Positions 45,194-55,342 of a DNA stretch of 64,000 nucleotides are shown here, in pieces; the stretch's first letter is position 1, and each line of letters starts with the position of its first letter. Under the pieces are notes generated by a model, which was not told the origin of the DNA, made no database searches, and worked only from the letters and a program-made list of their open reading frames with translations. The position numbers and the translations under genes were made by a program. Origin of the DNA: an uncultured Clostridia bacterium (lineage in GTDB: Bacteria > Bacillota > Clostridia > TANB77 > CAG-508); the NCBI GenBank assembly GCA_947631745.1, contig CANRMM010000002.1:3364-67363 (forward strand), given 5' to 3'.

Positions 45194-46372
45194 ATGAGAA
45201 ACTTTAAAGATTATAGTGAGTATGACAAAAAAGAAAATTGGAAGGTAGGTTCAAAACTAGTTCATGGAGCAGCAGGAGGAGATCCTTTGACAGGTTCTGT
45301 TAGTTTTCCTATTTACCAAACAGCGACATTTAGATTTAGAGCATTAGGAGATTCATTAGGATTTGACTATACTAGATGTCAAAATCCAACTATTGAAGAA
45401 TTAGAAAGAACAATAGCAATGCTTGAGGAAGGAACAGAAGGATTTGCTTTGAGTAGTGGCATGGCAGCTGTAATGTGTGCTTTTTCAATTTTAAAACCAG
45501 GAGATCATATTATTTTATCAGATGATATTTATGGTGGAACTTATGAAATAGCACAGACTGTATTTGTTGACAACAATATTGAGAAAACTTTTGTAGATTT
45601 AAGTGATCTTAACAAATTTAAAGCAAGTATTAAGCCTAATACAAAGATGGTATTTATAGAGACACCAACAAATCCTATGATGAAAGTAGCAGATATTGCA
45701 GAAATTTCTAAAATAGCAAAGGAAAAAGGAATTGTAGTTGCGGTGGATAATACATTACTTACACCATATTATCAAAAGCCTTTGACTTTAGGAGCAGATA
45801 TTGTTGTTCATAGTGCTACAAAATATTTAGAAGGACATAATGATACAATTGCAGGATTAGTAGTTGTAAAAGATGAAAAATTAGGACAGGCAATGAGAAA
45901 TTTCTTAAAATATCAAGGAGCTTGCCTAGCACCACTTAATGCATGGCTAACATTAAGAGGAATAAAAACATTAGAAGTTAGAATGCAGAGACATAATGAA
46001 AATACAATGAAAGTAGCAAAATGGTTGAGAAATCATCCAAAAGTAAAAAAAGTATATTATATTGGTTTTGAAGATCATCCAAATTACGAAGTAACCAAAA
46101 AACAATGTACTGGTTTTGGTGGCATGCTTTCATTTGAAGTAGATAGTAAAGAAACAGCATTAAAAGTAATTGAAAAAGTAAAAATGATAGTATTTGCAGG
46201 AAGCTTAGGAGGAGTAGAAAGTTTAATTACATATCCAATGATTGTTACGCATCATGAAGTACCAGAAGATGTAAGAGAAGCATTAGGAATTAATGAAAGA
46301 TTTTTAAGATTGTCAGTTGGTATTGAAGATGCAGATGATATTATAGCAGACTTAGAGCAGGCTTTAAAATAA
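45194..46372 (+). CDS. Cys/Met-metabolism PLP enzyme (cystathionine gamma-synthase/beta-lyase family)
   Basis: YTRCQNPT...DNTLLTPYYQKPL..GADIVVHSATKYLEGHND (PLP Lys). Confidence 0.85.
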   Translation: MRNFKDYSEYDKKENWKVGSKLVHGAAGGDPLTGSVSFPIYQTATFRFRALGDSLGFDYTRCQNPTIEELERTIAMLEEGTEGFALSSGMAAVMCAFSILKPGDHIILSDDIYGGTYEIAQTVFVDNNIEKTFVDLSDLNKFKASIKPNTKMVFIETPTNPMMKVADIAEISKIAKEKGIVVAVDNTLLTPYYQKPLTLGADIVVHSATKYLEGHNDTIAGLVVVKDEKLGQAMRNFLKYQGACLAPLNAWLTLRGIKTLEVRMQRHNENTMKVAKWLRNHPKVKKVYYIGFEDHPNYEVTKKQCTGFGGMLSFEVDSKETALKVIEKVKMIVFAGSLGGVESLITYPMIVTHHEVPEDVREALGINERFLRLSVGIEDADDIIADLEQALK

Positions 46373-46384
46373 TAAAAAAGTATA

Positions 46385-46415
46385 TTGCTAAGGAATAAAA
46401 AGTTTGCCTTAGCAA
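46385..46415 (+). terminator. hairpin after PLP-enzyme gene
   Basis: TTGCTAAGG ... CCTTAGCAA 9-bp stem; weak T-tract. Confidence 0.5.
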
Positions 46416-46460
46416 TAATATTATTACTAGTAATAATTGATTTGGAAAGAGGTAATTGAT

Positions 46461-47330
46461 ATGAAAATTAAATTTACGAAAATGCAAGCTTATGGCAATG
46501 ACTATGTATATATAGATGCTATTCATCAAAAACTAGATAAATTAGATAATCTAGATGAATTAGCAAGATTTTTAAGTAATAGACATTTTGGAGTGGGGTC
46601 AGATGGAATTGTACTTATTTGCCCATCAGAAGTAGCAGACTTTCGCATGAGAATGTTTAATCCAGATGGAAGCGAAGGAGAAATGTGTGGGAATGCTTTA
46701 AGAAGTATGAGTAAATATGTATATGCTTATCATTTAACAGATAAAACTGATTTAAAAATTGAAACTTTAGGAGGAATACAAAAAGTAAAATTATTTATTG
46801 ATAATGGGGAAGTTGTTAACATTGAAGCTAATATAGGAGAACCTAAATTAAGCACAAAAGTAATCCCGGTTAATACACAGGAGAGTGAATTCATTGAACA
46901 ACCTGTTCAAATATTAGATAAAGTATTTAAAATTTCTGCACTTTCATGGGGAAATCCGCATTGCGTTATTTTTGTAGATGATGTAGAACATTTTGATGTT
47001 CAGCAATATGGAAAAGCTATAGAATATAAAACAGATTTATTCCCTAATAGAACTAATGTAACTTTTGCTCAAGTTATTAATCGTAATTATATTAAAATGA
47101 GAGAATGGGAAAGAGGAACAGGAGAAACAATGGGTTGTGGAACTGGATGTTGTAGTGCAGCTGTACTTGCTTCAGTTACAGGAAGATGTGATAGAGAAGT
47201 GACTATAGAACAAAAAGGTGGAAACTTAGAAGTAAACTGGGATGAAACAACAAATACTGTATTTATGAAAGGACCTTCTCATACTGTTTTTGAATCAGAA
47301 ATAGATGTCCCTTTTCTTTCTGAAAAATAA
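46461..47330 (+). CDS. dapF: diaminopimelate epimerase
   Basis: MKIKFTKMQAYGNDYVYID...MCGNALR...GNPHCVIF...GCGTGCCSA (both catalytic Cys). Confidence 0.9.
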   Translation: MKIKFTKMQAYGNDYVYIDAIHQKLDKLDNLDELARFLSNRHFGVGSDGIVLICPSEVADFRMRMFNPDGSEGEMCGNALRSMSKYVYAYHLTDKTDLKIETLGGIQKVKLFIDNGEVVNIEANIGEPKLSTKVIPVNTQESEFIEQPVQILDKVFKISALSWGNPHCVIFVDDVEHFDVQQYGKAIEYKTDLFPNRTNVTFAQVINRNYIKMREWERGTGETMGCGTGCCSAAVLASVTGRCDREVTIEQKGGNLEVNWDETTNTVFMKGPSHTVFESEIDVPFLSEK

Positions 47331-47335
47331 AGGAG

Positions 47336-48823
47336 ATGTCGCAGATGAAAAAATTAAAAGAAATTTTGGCTAATGTAGATTATGAGTTAATAAAAGGTAA
47401 TCTAGATATTGAGATAAATGATATTAAAGATAATTCACAAAAGGTAGTAGAAGGTGATTTATTTATTGCGCTTGTTGGAACAACAGCAGATTCTCATAAG
47501 TTTATACCAAATGCAATTCAAAGTGGAGCAAAAGCGATTGTAATTGAAAGGGATGTTACTATTGATGAAGATGTAACCGTTATAAAAGTAAAGTCTTCTA
47601 GGGCCGTTCTTGGCCCTATGTCTGCTTCGTATTTTGACTATCCAGCAGAAAAATTAACAACAGTTGGAATTACTGGTACTTGTGGAAAAACATCTACATC
47701 TTATATTATTAAAAGTATGCTTGAGGAGTTTGGGTATAAAGTTGGAATCATTGGAACGATTTGTGCAATGTTAGGAGATAAAAAGATTGAGGTACATAAT
47801 ACTACTCCAAATGCTTATGAAATACAAAAATTGTTTTATGAAATGGTACAAGCTGGATGTAAATATGCTGTTATGGAAGTATCATCACAGGGTTTAAAAA
47901 TGGACAGAGTAGCTGGAATTATGTTTGACTATGGAGTGTTTACTAATATTTCTATTGACCATATTGGTCCAAATGAGCATGAAAGTTTTGAAGAATATTT
48001 ATATTGTAAAAGTTTATTATTTAAGCAGTGTAAAATTGGTATTGTAAATAGTGACTCAGATAAATGGGAAAAGGTAACTAAAGGACATACTTGTGAAATT
48101 ATGAAATATGCTTTACAAGATGAAAAGGCAGATTTTAAAGCATCTAATATTCAATTTTTAATGGAAGATAATTTTATAGGTGTGCAATTTGACGTGTCTG
48201 GAAAAATAAATACAACTTTTAAGTTAGATATTCCAGGTAGGTTTTCAGTTTATAATGCTTTGTGTGCTATTAGTGTAGCCTATAAACTAGGAATAGATGT
48301 AGAAAGTATGAAAAAAGCATTGGAAAAAGTAAAGGTGCTTGGAAGAATGGAATTGGTAAGCTCAAATGAAAGCTACAAATTAATTATTGATTATGCTCAT
48401 AATAGAGATGAAATGGACAACCTAATGGATACAATTTCAGAATACAAACCTAAAAGATTAGTATGTATTTTTGGCGGTGGTGGAAACCGAGCAAAGTCTA
48501 GAAGATATGATATGGGAGAAGTATCTGGTAAATGGGCAGATTTAACTATCCTCACGGAGGACAACCCTCGTTTTGAAGAAATTGAATCGATTAACAATGA
48601 TATTATTGTGGGATTAAATAAATATAATGCTAAATATATCTTTATTAAAGATAGAAAAGAAGCAATAAAATATGCTATGAAAAATGCTGAACCAGGAGAT
48701 ATTATTCTTTTAATTGGAAAAGGACATGAAAATTATCAAGAAATAAAAGGTGTAAGATATCCTTGGGATGAAAGGAAAGCTGTTAAAGAGGCAGAAGAAG
48801 AAATTAAGAAAGAAGTAGGCTAA
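47336..48823 (+). CDS. murE: UDP-N-acetylmuramoyl-L-alanyl-D-glutamate--2,6-diaminopimelate ligase
   Basis: GITGTCGKTSTS, Mur ligase middle and C-terminal domains, DNPR motif (LTEDNPRFE) indicating meso-DAP specificity. Confidence 0.9.
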   Translation: MSQMKKLKEILANVDYELIKGNLDIEINDIKDNSQKVVEGDLFIALVGTTADSHKFIPNAIQSGAKAIVIERDVTIDEDVTVIKVKSSRAVLGPMSASYFDYPAEKLTTVGITGTCGKTSTSYIIKSMLEEFGYKVGIIGTICAMLGDKKIEVHNTTPNAYEIQKLFYEMVQAGCKYAVMEVSSQGLKMDRVAGIMFDYGVFTNISIDHIGPNEHESFEEYLYCKSLLFKQCKIGIVNSDSDKWEKVTKGHTCEIMKYALQDEKADFKASNIQFLMEDNFIGVQFDVSGKINTTFKLDIPGRFSVYNALCAISVAYKLGIDVESMKKALEKVKVLGRMELVSSNESYKLIIDYAHNRDEMDNLMDTISEYKPKRLVCIFGGGGNRAKSRRYDMGEVSGKWADLTILTEDNPRFEEIESINNDIIVGLNKYNAKYIFIKDRKEAIKYAMKNAEPGDIILLIGKGHENYQEIKGVRYPWDERKAVKEAEEEIKKEVG

Positions 48824-48888
48824 AAACAAAGAGTAACAATTAAAACAAGTGGATTTACTCTAAAGATAAAAAATGGTGGTGAAGAAAA

Positions 48889-50109
48889 ATGGTGATAGCA
48901 GAAAAAATTATTTTTAATTTGATTGCCTTTACATTGTTTATTATTATCTTTGCAAAAATGATTAAAAAGAATGATACAACATATGTTTATGTTTTGGGAG
49001 TGCAATTTATTGGCATTGTTCTTAATTTTTTAGAATTGATTTTTAACTGGAGTGTAAATCCATTTTTAAAAGCAATTATTTATTTGTTATCGATTGTTGT
49101 ACCGGGAATTGTTATTTATGTTGAAAAAAAGTTAAAATATGATTTGCCAGAATTAGTTTATATAGCAATGGCTCACATTAGTATTAAGTCGGGGAAAAAT
49201 GATGTGGCAAAAGATTATTTGTTTCAGTTGATGAATAAATATCCTCAAAGTTATTTAGCTCATAAGATGTTAGCGGGATTATATGAGAAAGAAGGCAAAA
49301 ATGCAAATGCTATTGATGAATATATTCGTGTAACAGAAATAAATAATAAAGATTATCAAATTAGTTATAATATTGCTAACTTATTAAACAAAGAGGGAAG
49401 AAATGATGAAGCAATTTCTGTTTTACAAGATTTAATTAAAAGAAAACCGGAGGAATATAAAATTACACAACTTTTAGGTGATATATTGTATATGCAAGAA
49501 CGTTATAAAGAAGCAATTTCTGTTTATATGAATGCTTTAAGATATAACCCTGGAAATTATGATTTATATTATAGTTTGGGAATGACCTATACTATGATAA
49601 ATGACTTTCAAAGAGCAAAGGAATTTTATGATAAAGCAGCAGAAATTAATAGCTTATTGTATAATGCAAAATTAAGTTTAGGACAAATTGCTTTGATTTA
49701 TGGAGATTTAGATGAAGCAGAACAATATTTTAATGAAAGTATAAAAGGTGAAGAGGCAGAAGCAGGGTCTTATTATTACTTATCACAAGTAGCTATGCTA
49801 AGAGGAGATAAAACAAAGGCTACTAATTATATGAATTTGGCAGTTAGCTTAGAACCTAAAATGTATGATAAAGTACAAAAGGAGCCTGTATTTCTTCCAA
49901 TTAAGCAAGAAATAAGTGAGCCTACAGAAGAAGAAAAAATGCAGAATAAACCAATTCCATTAAAACCAAAAGAAAAAAAATCAGTTAATCATTTGGCTAA
50001 AACTTGTACTTTGGTAGGTAGCTTAAATAATGATGACCTAAAGGTAATGAAGAATATAAAAGAAAAGGAAAAAGATGAAATTAGGAAAGATAGGCAAAGA
50101 GGAACTTAA
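48889..50109 (+). CDS. membrane-anchored TPR-repeat protein
   Basis: 3 N-terminal TM segments, then repeated A..Y..AL..NP..Y TPR pattern. Confidence 0.6.
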   Translation: MVIAEKIIFNLIAFTLFIIIFAKMIKKNDTTYVYVLGVQFIGIVLNFLELIFNWSVNPFLKAIIYLLSIVVPGIVIYVEKKLKYDLPELVYIAMAHISIKSGKNDVAKDYLFQLMNKYPQSYLAHKMLAGLYEKEGKNANAIDEYIRVTEINNKDYQISYNIANLLNKEGRNDEAISVLQDLIKRKPEEYKITQLLGDILYMQERYKEAISVYMNALRYNPGNYDLYYSLGMTYTMINDFQRAKEFYDKAAEINSLLYNAKLSLGQIALIYGDLDEAEQYFNESIKGEEAEAGSYYYLSQVAMLRGDKTKATNYMNLAVSLEPKMYDKVQKEPVFLPIKQEISEPTEEEKMQNKPIPLKPKEKKSVNHLAKTCTLVGSLNNDDLKVMKNIKEKEKDEIRKDRQRGT

Positions 50110-50160
50110 GTGATATAAAAAATATACTCTCATATAATTTATTATAAGGAGAGTGATATT

Positions 50161-51019
50161 GTGAAAAAAGAAATTTCAGTAATACGGTGGAGATTTACGT
50201 ATAGCAAAGTTGATAGAACTTTTAGCTAAGGATGGTCACACCGTATTTTTTTATGGACAGGAAAAGTATTTTTCAAATGTTGAGACAAATCCAAAAATTA
50301 AAAGATGTGAAACTATGAAAGAGTGTGCAATGAAGTCTAGTATTGTTATTAGTGGAATGCCACTCTCAAAAGATAATGTTACAGTTTATGCACCTTTTAG
50401 TAATAAGGAAATTCAACTGGATGAATTACAATCTTGCATTGAAAATAAATTATTTATAGCGGGAGTAATACCGGACAGCTTTTTAAAAAATGATAAAGAA
50501 ATATTAGATTTAAATTTAATTGAGTCTTTAACAATATTAAATGCTATTCCCACAGTAGAGGGAGTAATAAAAATTGCAATAGAAGAAACAGAAACCACAA
50601 TTCATGAAGCAAATGTAATGATATTAGGATATGGGAGAATTGGAAAAATTTTGTGCCACCATTTTCAAATGATGGGTGCTAACGTGTACTGCGCCGCAAG
50701 AAAAGCGACAGACTTAACATGGATTAGAGAAGCAAAATATATTCCAGTAAAATATGAAAATATTGAAGAATATTGTGAAAATGTGAACATTATAGTCAAC
50801 ACAGTACCAAGTCATGTAATTGGAGAAGACATTATGGCAAAATTATCATCTACTTGTCTTATTATAGATGTAGCATCAAAACCAGGGGGACTTGACAAAG
50901 AAATTGCGGAGAGGTATAAAATAAGAGTCATAACAGCATTAGGAATTCCAGGAAAGGTGGCTCCAAAAACAGCCGCAAAATATATAAAAGAAGTGATTCA
51001 AGAAAAATTAGAATCATAG
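50161..51019 (+). pseudogene. dpaA: dipicolinate synthase subunit A (SpoVFA/DpaA), N-terminus split by a 1-nt frameshift
   Basis: GTG 50161 (SD AAGGAGAG) gives VKKEISVI then goes out of frame; the next frame from 50186 reads GGDLRIAKLIELLAKDGH..., colinear with SpoVFA KIAVIGGDARQLEIIRKL; extra C near 50185; later ILGYGRIGK NAD site. Confidence 0.7.
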
Positions 51020-51032
51020 AAAGGAAGAAAAA

Positions 51033-51836
51033 ATGACATTATTTCAAGCAATTATTTTAGGAGCGGTTCAAGGATTAACAGAATTTTTACCAATTTCGAG
51101 TTCAGGACACTTAAATGTATTTCCATGGTTATTTGGATGGGAAAAATTATCGGAAGGAATGGATGTAGCTTTACATATAGGTACATTATTAGCATTAGTT
51201 ATATTTTTCTTTAAAGATTGGGTAAGATTATTATATGCGGGATATAGACAGGTAGTAAAAAAGAAAGATTCATCAGATGGGAGAATGTTTTGGTATTTGG
51301 TAATTGCTACTATACCAGCAGGAATTTTGAGTTTAATTTTAGATCACATTGTAAAAGCTATTATAGGAGAAAATGATGATCTTGAAATGTTAATTATTGC
51401 TTTTTTCTTAATTGTTATGGGATTGATTTTATATATAGTAGATAAAAAGGCAAAATCTACAATTACTGAGAAGAAAATTTCTTGTAAGCAAGTTGTTTTA
51501 GTAGGAATTTCACAAGCTTTAGCAGCAGGATTACCGGGTGTATCAAGATCAGGAATTACAATGACAACTGCAAGAGCGTTAAATATAAAAAGAGAAAGTG
51601 CAGCTAGATTATCTTTTTTACTATCTATGCCAATTACTTTTGCAGCGGTTATATTTGATATTCCATATTTTCAGTTTAGTTTGGAATTAATTGTTGGTAT
51701 TTTAGTAAGCTTTTTAGTGGGAATTTTTGTTATTAAATTTTTATTAAATTATTTAAAAAAAGGTGATTTTAAAATTTTTGCCATTTATCGTGTCATTTTT
51801 GGAATTATTATTATTACGTGTGCATTATTAAAATAA
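51033..51836 (+). CDS. uppP: undecaprenyl-diphosphate phosphatase
   Basis: ILGAVQGLTEFLPISSSGHL...PGVSRSGITMTTA. Confidence 0.9.
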   Translation: MTLFQAIILGAVQGLTEFLPISSSGHLNVFPWLFGWEKLSEGMDVALHIGTLLALVIFFFKDWVRLLYAGYRQVVKKKDSSDGRMFWYLVIATIPAGILSLILDHIVKAIIGENDDLEMLIIAFFLIVMGLILYIVDKKAKSTITEKKISCKQVVLVGISQALAAGLPGVSRSGITMTTARALNIKRESAARLSFLLSMPITFAAVIFDIPYFQFSLELIVGILVSFLVGIFVIKFLLNYLKKGDFKIFAIYRVIFGIIIITCALLK

Positions 51837-52057
51837 AATATTACAAAAATGTTACAATTGTATTACATTTATATTAAATATGAATATATCATATTGACTT
51901 TTAATAAAAAAAAGATAAAATAAATATGAATTTGTAAAGATTTAGAAATATTATATATAATAATGTAGATTCATAAGAAAAGGTAAAAGATTCAAGTAAT
52001 AATTTGTCGGATTTCGTCAATTATAATAATGTCTAAAAATAAACAAAGGAGAATAAA

Positions 52058-53677
52058 ATGTCGAGCTGTTTAGGATTATATATCGAAAGTAATGTAATTA
52101 AATATGCTAAAGTTACTAGAGAACGTGAAACACTAAAAGTTGAATCTTTCGGAATGAAATTTTACGAAAATCTTGACGAAACAATTAATCAAATTATTTC
52201 TGAAACATATAGCTATAAAACGCCAATTTCCGTTAATATGTCAGAAGAAATGTATAATTATTTTGACATGTTTAGTTTATTAACTAAGAACGATTTGAAA
52301 AAAGCAATTGAAACTGAATTTGAATCTTATTGTTTTGAAAAAAATATTAACAAAAATGCATTTGAGTCGAGATATGCATTGGCAAATAACTATAATGATA
52401 AAGACAAAATTAGAGTATTACATGTTTCAGCCAATAAGGCAACAATTTCGAAAATGATGCAAGTTATGAAGGAAACTAAACTTAGTACGATTACACCGAT
52501 AGGAATGTGTATCCCTAATATTGCTAATATTAAACCAAAAGAAAATATATTAATTGTTAATATGGAAGATATAACTACGGTTACTTCTGTTGTTGATCAG
52601 AAAGTATATAGTGTTGAAAAAATAAATGTTGGTGCAAATGAAGTATTAGATAGAATTGTTGCAAAGGAAAATTCATATTCAAAAGCTTATGAAATTTGTA
52701 GAAATTCTACTATTTATACAATGGAAGGCAAAGAATTGCAAGATGAAGAAAACGAATATCTAGATGATATTATGCCAATATTGTATAAAATAGTAACAAA
52801 GGTTCAAGATTATGTAAATGATTCGACTATAAAGTATGACACAATTTATATAACAGGAACTTTATCAGTTATTAATAATGTGGATCTATATTTTCAAGAA
52901 TATTTTGCCTCAGAAAAATGTGAAATATTAAAGCCATATTTTATTACAGACAATGCAAAAATAAATATAAAAGATTATATAGAAGTTAATTCTGCTATAG
53001 CTATTGCTTCACAAGGTGTAGGTTATGGAATTCAAAGCATGAATTTTAAAGAACCTGCTTTTGGAGACAGAATCCCTAATTGGATGAAGCTAGATGGTAT
53101 GGGAAATGCTGAAGGAAAAAGCAAAAAGTCTAAATTTAAAATTTCAAGTGGAGGAAGAGGCTTTGATGCTGTAGAACGATGGCTATTTCGCTCGGCAGGA
53201 GGTATTTTATCATTAGTACTTATCTATATGGCATTTTCAATATATTTAAATACTCAAATTACTAATAAAATAGCTGAAGTAGATGAAGTAAGGGAAGATA
53301 CATTAAGACAAATTCAATTAGTTAAAAATGATACTAATTCAGTTAAACAAAAAGCAAACCGTTATGTTGAATTATCAGAAAATTTAAAAAATATTAGTAA
53401 AAATATAGAAGAATCTGCTAAAACTAAAAACGTTATTCCTAATTTATTGACAAGAATTATGTCTATTATACCAAGAGAAGTTCAACTGTTGTCAATAGAA
53501 AATACTTCTGGAACTCATATCGTTATTGAGGCTCAATCAAAGACATATGAGCAATTAGGATATTTTAAAGCAAAGATTAAAGAAGACAATATTTTAAATA
53601 AAAATACAGTAATATCTTCACAAGGTGAAAAGCAAAATGAGTTTGTAAAAGTAACAATAGAGGGGGATTTGCCATGA
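52058..53677 (+). CDS. pilM: type IV pilus assembly protein, PilM-PilN fusion
   Basis: Actin-like ATPase-fold N-terminal part, TM (ILSLVLIYMAFSIYL), then PilN-like periplasmic part; locus context. Confidence 0.65.
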   Translation: MSSCLGLYIESNVIKYAKVTRERETLKVESFGMKFYENLDETINQIISETYSYKTPISVNMSEEMYNYFDMFSLLTKNDLKKAIETEFESYCFEKNINKNAFESRYALANNYNDKDKIRVLHVSANKATISKMMQVMKETKLSTITPIGMCIPNIANIKPKENILIVNMEDITTVTSVVDQKVYSVEKINVGANEVLDRIVAKENSYSKAYEICRNSTIYTMEGKELQDEENEYLDDIMPILYKIVTKVQDYVNDSTIKYDTIYITGTLSVINNVDLYFQEYFASEKCEILKPYFITDNAKINIKDYIEVNSAIAIASQGVGYGIQSMNFKEPAFGDRIPNWMKLDGMGNAEGKSKKSKFKISSGGRGFDAVERWLFRSAGGILSLVLIYMAFSIYLNTQITNKIAEVDEVREDTLRQIQLVKNDTNSVKQKANRYVELSENLKNISKNIEESAKTKNVIPNLLTRIMSIIPREVQLLSIENTSGTHIVIEAQSKTYEQLGYFKAKIKEDNILNKNTVISSQGEKQNEFVKVTIEGDLP

Positions 53678-54462
53678 AAAAAATTTTAAGCTCGGTGTTC
53701 ATTTTATTGCTACTTATACTAGCGTATTTCATAATTTTTAAAGGAATTTCATTTGGTGAATTCAATATTTTAAGTGTTGGACAAATATCGGATGCAAATA
53801 CAACATTAACAAATAAAATAGATGAAACTAATTCTTTGTTAAAAAAAGATTTTGTATCTGAAAAAAATTCATTATCTTCTGCAGTATCTGACTTGCTACA
53901 GAAAAAACAAGAATATTTTAATTTGGCAAAAATTAGTACAACTGGAGAACTAAAAAAGGCAAATACACAAGAAACTTATTTGATTGAATATTTATGGACA
54001 AGAGTAGGAAGACATGCAACAGGAAGAGGTGTAAATATTAAAATGGATGTAATGTCCGCAGATGCAGGAGATAGGGAAGTAAAGAACTTATCATTTAATG
54101 TACAAGGACAATATCCAGCTATTATAGAATTTTTATATGCTATTGAAGGAGACAGTGAATTAAATTTTAGAATTAGTAGTTTCAAAATATTGCCAAATGG
54201 ATCAAATTCAACTTTAGTAGCAACTTTCTATGTAAATGGAGTTCGTATTAAGAATGAGACTGTTACTACATCAACATCGCGTAATTCATCAGTAACAAGT
54301 TCTCCAAGTACTATAGACAGAAATACAGGAACTCAAAGTACAAATAATTCTTCTAATAGTGAGTCTATTGGAGATACTACTAGTAGTCCAAGTAGCGATG
54401 TTACTAGCAGTCTAAGTGATGATGCTATTAGCAGTCCAAGTATTGATGCTACATCAGAATAG
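53674..54462 (+). CDS. PilO-like pilus assembly protein with Ser/Thr-rich tail
   Basis: N-terminal TM plus coiled coil plus small domain; translationally coupled (ATGA) to pilMN; tail SSPSSDVTSSLSDDAISSPSIDATSE. Confidence 0.45.
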   Translation: MKKILSSVFILLLLILAYFIIFKGISFGEFNILSVGQISDANTTLTNKIDETNSLLKKDFVSEKNSLSSAVSDLLQKKQEYFNLAKISTTGELKKANTQETYLIEYLWTRVGRHATGRGVNIKMDVMSADAGDREVKNLSFNVQGQYPAIIEFLYAIEGDSELNFRISSFKILPNGSNSTLVATFYVNGVRIKNETVTTSTSRNSSVTSSPSTIDRNTGTQSTNNSSNSESIGDTTSSPSSDVTSSLSDDAISSPSIDATSE

Positions 54463-54476
54463 AATTGGAGGTAAAT

Positions 54477-54917
54477 ATGGTAAAATCAGTCATTAAAGAA
54501 ATCATTATAACGTTATTACTATGCGTAGCTATTGTGTTGATTTTAGGAATATTATTTTATGACTATATTCCAACAAATAAAGTTGTACCAGCAAAAGAAG
54601 CATATACAACTCCAAATAATGTTAGAGAAGAAATTGAAGAACAAATTACAGAAATACAAAAAACAGAAATTTCTTATGAAATTACTGGTTCAGATTTGAA
54701 TATTTATAAACAAAGTAATAGTTATGTACAAGGAAAGGAAAATCCATTTGCATTAGTAAGTGACCAAGCAAATAATGTAAATACTAATGCAGTTGGTAAT
54801 CCAAGTACAGGTAATCCAAATACAAACAGTACTGGCAATGGAAATACTGGTACTGGAAATAGTTCAGGAAATACAAATAATAATTCAACAGGTACATTTT
54901 TCAACGATGTAAAATAA
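54477..54917 (+). CDS. membrane-anchored pilus-locus protein with Asn/Gly/Thr-rich tail
   Basis: TM IIITLLLCVAIVLILGILFY; low-complexity GNPSTGNPNTNSTGNGNTGTGNSSGNTNNNSTG. Confidence 0.4.
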   Translation: MVKSVIKEIIITLLLCVAIVLILGILFYDYIPTNKVVPAKEAYTTPNNVREEIEEQITEIQKTEISYEITGSDLNIYKQSNSYVQGKENPFALVSDQANNVNTNAVGNPSTGNPNTNSTGNGNTGTGNSSGNTNNNSTGTFFNDVK

Positions 54918-54977
54918 ATTAGGTTATATTTATAATTTTATATAGATATACAAAAAAAATATAAGGAGGAATTTTTT

Positions 54978-55193
54978 ATGTTAAAGAATCAAAAAGGTAT
55001 TACATTAGTAGCTTTAGTAGTAACAATTGTTATTTTAATTATCTTAGCTACAATCAGTATTGCTGTTGTATTCCAAGGAGGATTAATTGACAGAGCTAAT
55101 CAAGCCGCTGATTTCCAAGCAAATGCTGATCAAGAGTTAAATGAATTATCTGACTCAATGTTAAATTTCTTAGACGATAAGATACCTGACTAA
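54978..55193 (+). CDS. pilA: very short type IV pilin-like protein (71 aa precursor)
   Basis: Class III signal MLKNQKG|ITLVALVVTIVILIILATISIAVVF, then only about 38 aa of acidic tail; strong SD AAGGAGGA. Confidence 0.7.
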   Translation: MLKNQKGITLVALVVTIVILIILATISIAVVFQGGLIDRANQAADFQANADQELNELSDSMLNFLDDKIPD

Positions 55194-55342
55194 AATTAAT
55201 TATTAGTGTCAGTAATGAGTAGAAATATTAATTTTAAACGGTTTAAAATTAGTTTAAACTAAATATGAGGTTATCTAAGACTAAAATTATTTTGTGATAA
55301 TTGTATTTAGGTAACCTCTATTTTTATAAAAGAGGAGAGAGT

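Noticed and set aside
54300-54900. Ser/Thr-rich and Asn/Gly/Thr-rich low-complexity tails of the PilO-like and 54477 proteins as a distinct feature
   Set aside because: The repeats are imperfect and compositional, and likely form linker or glycosylation-prone tails. They are noted in the feature evidence, with no independent signal.
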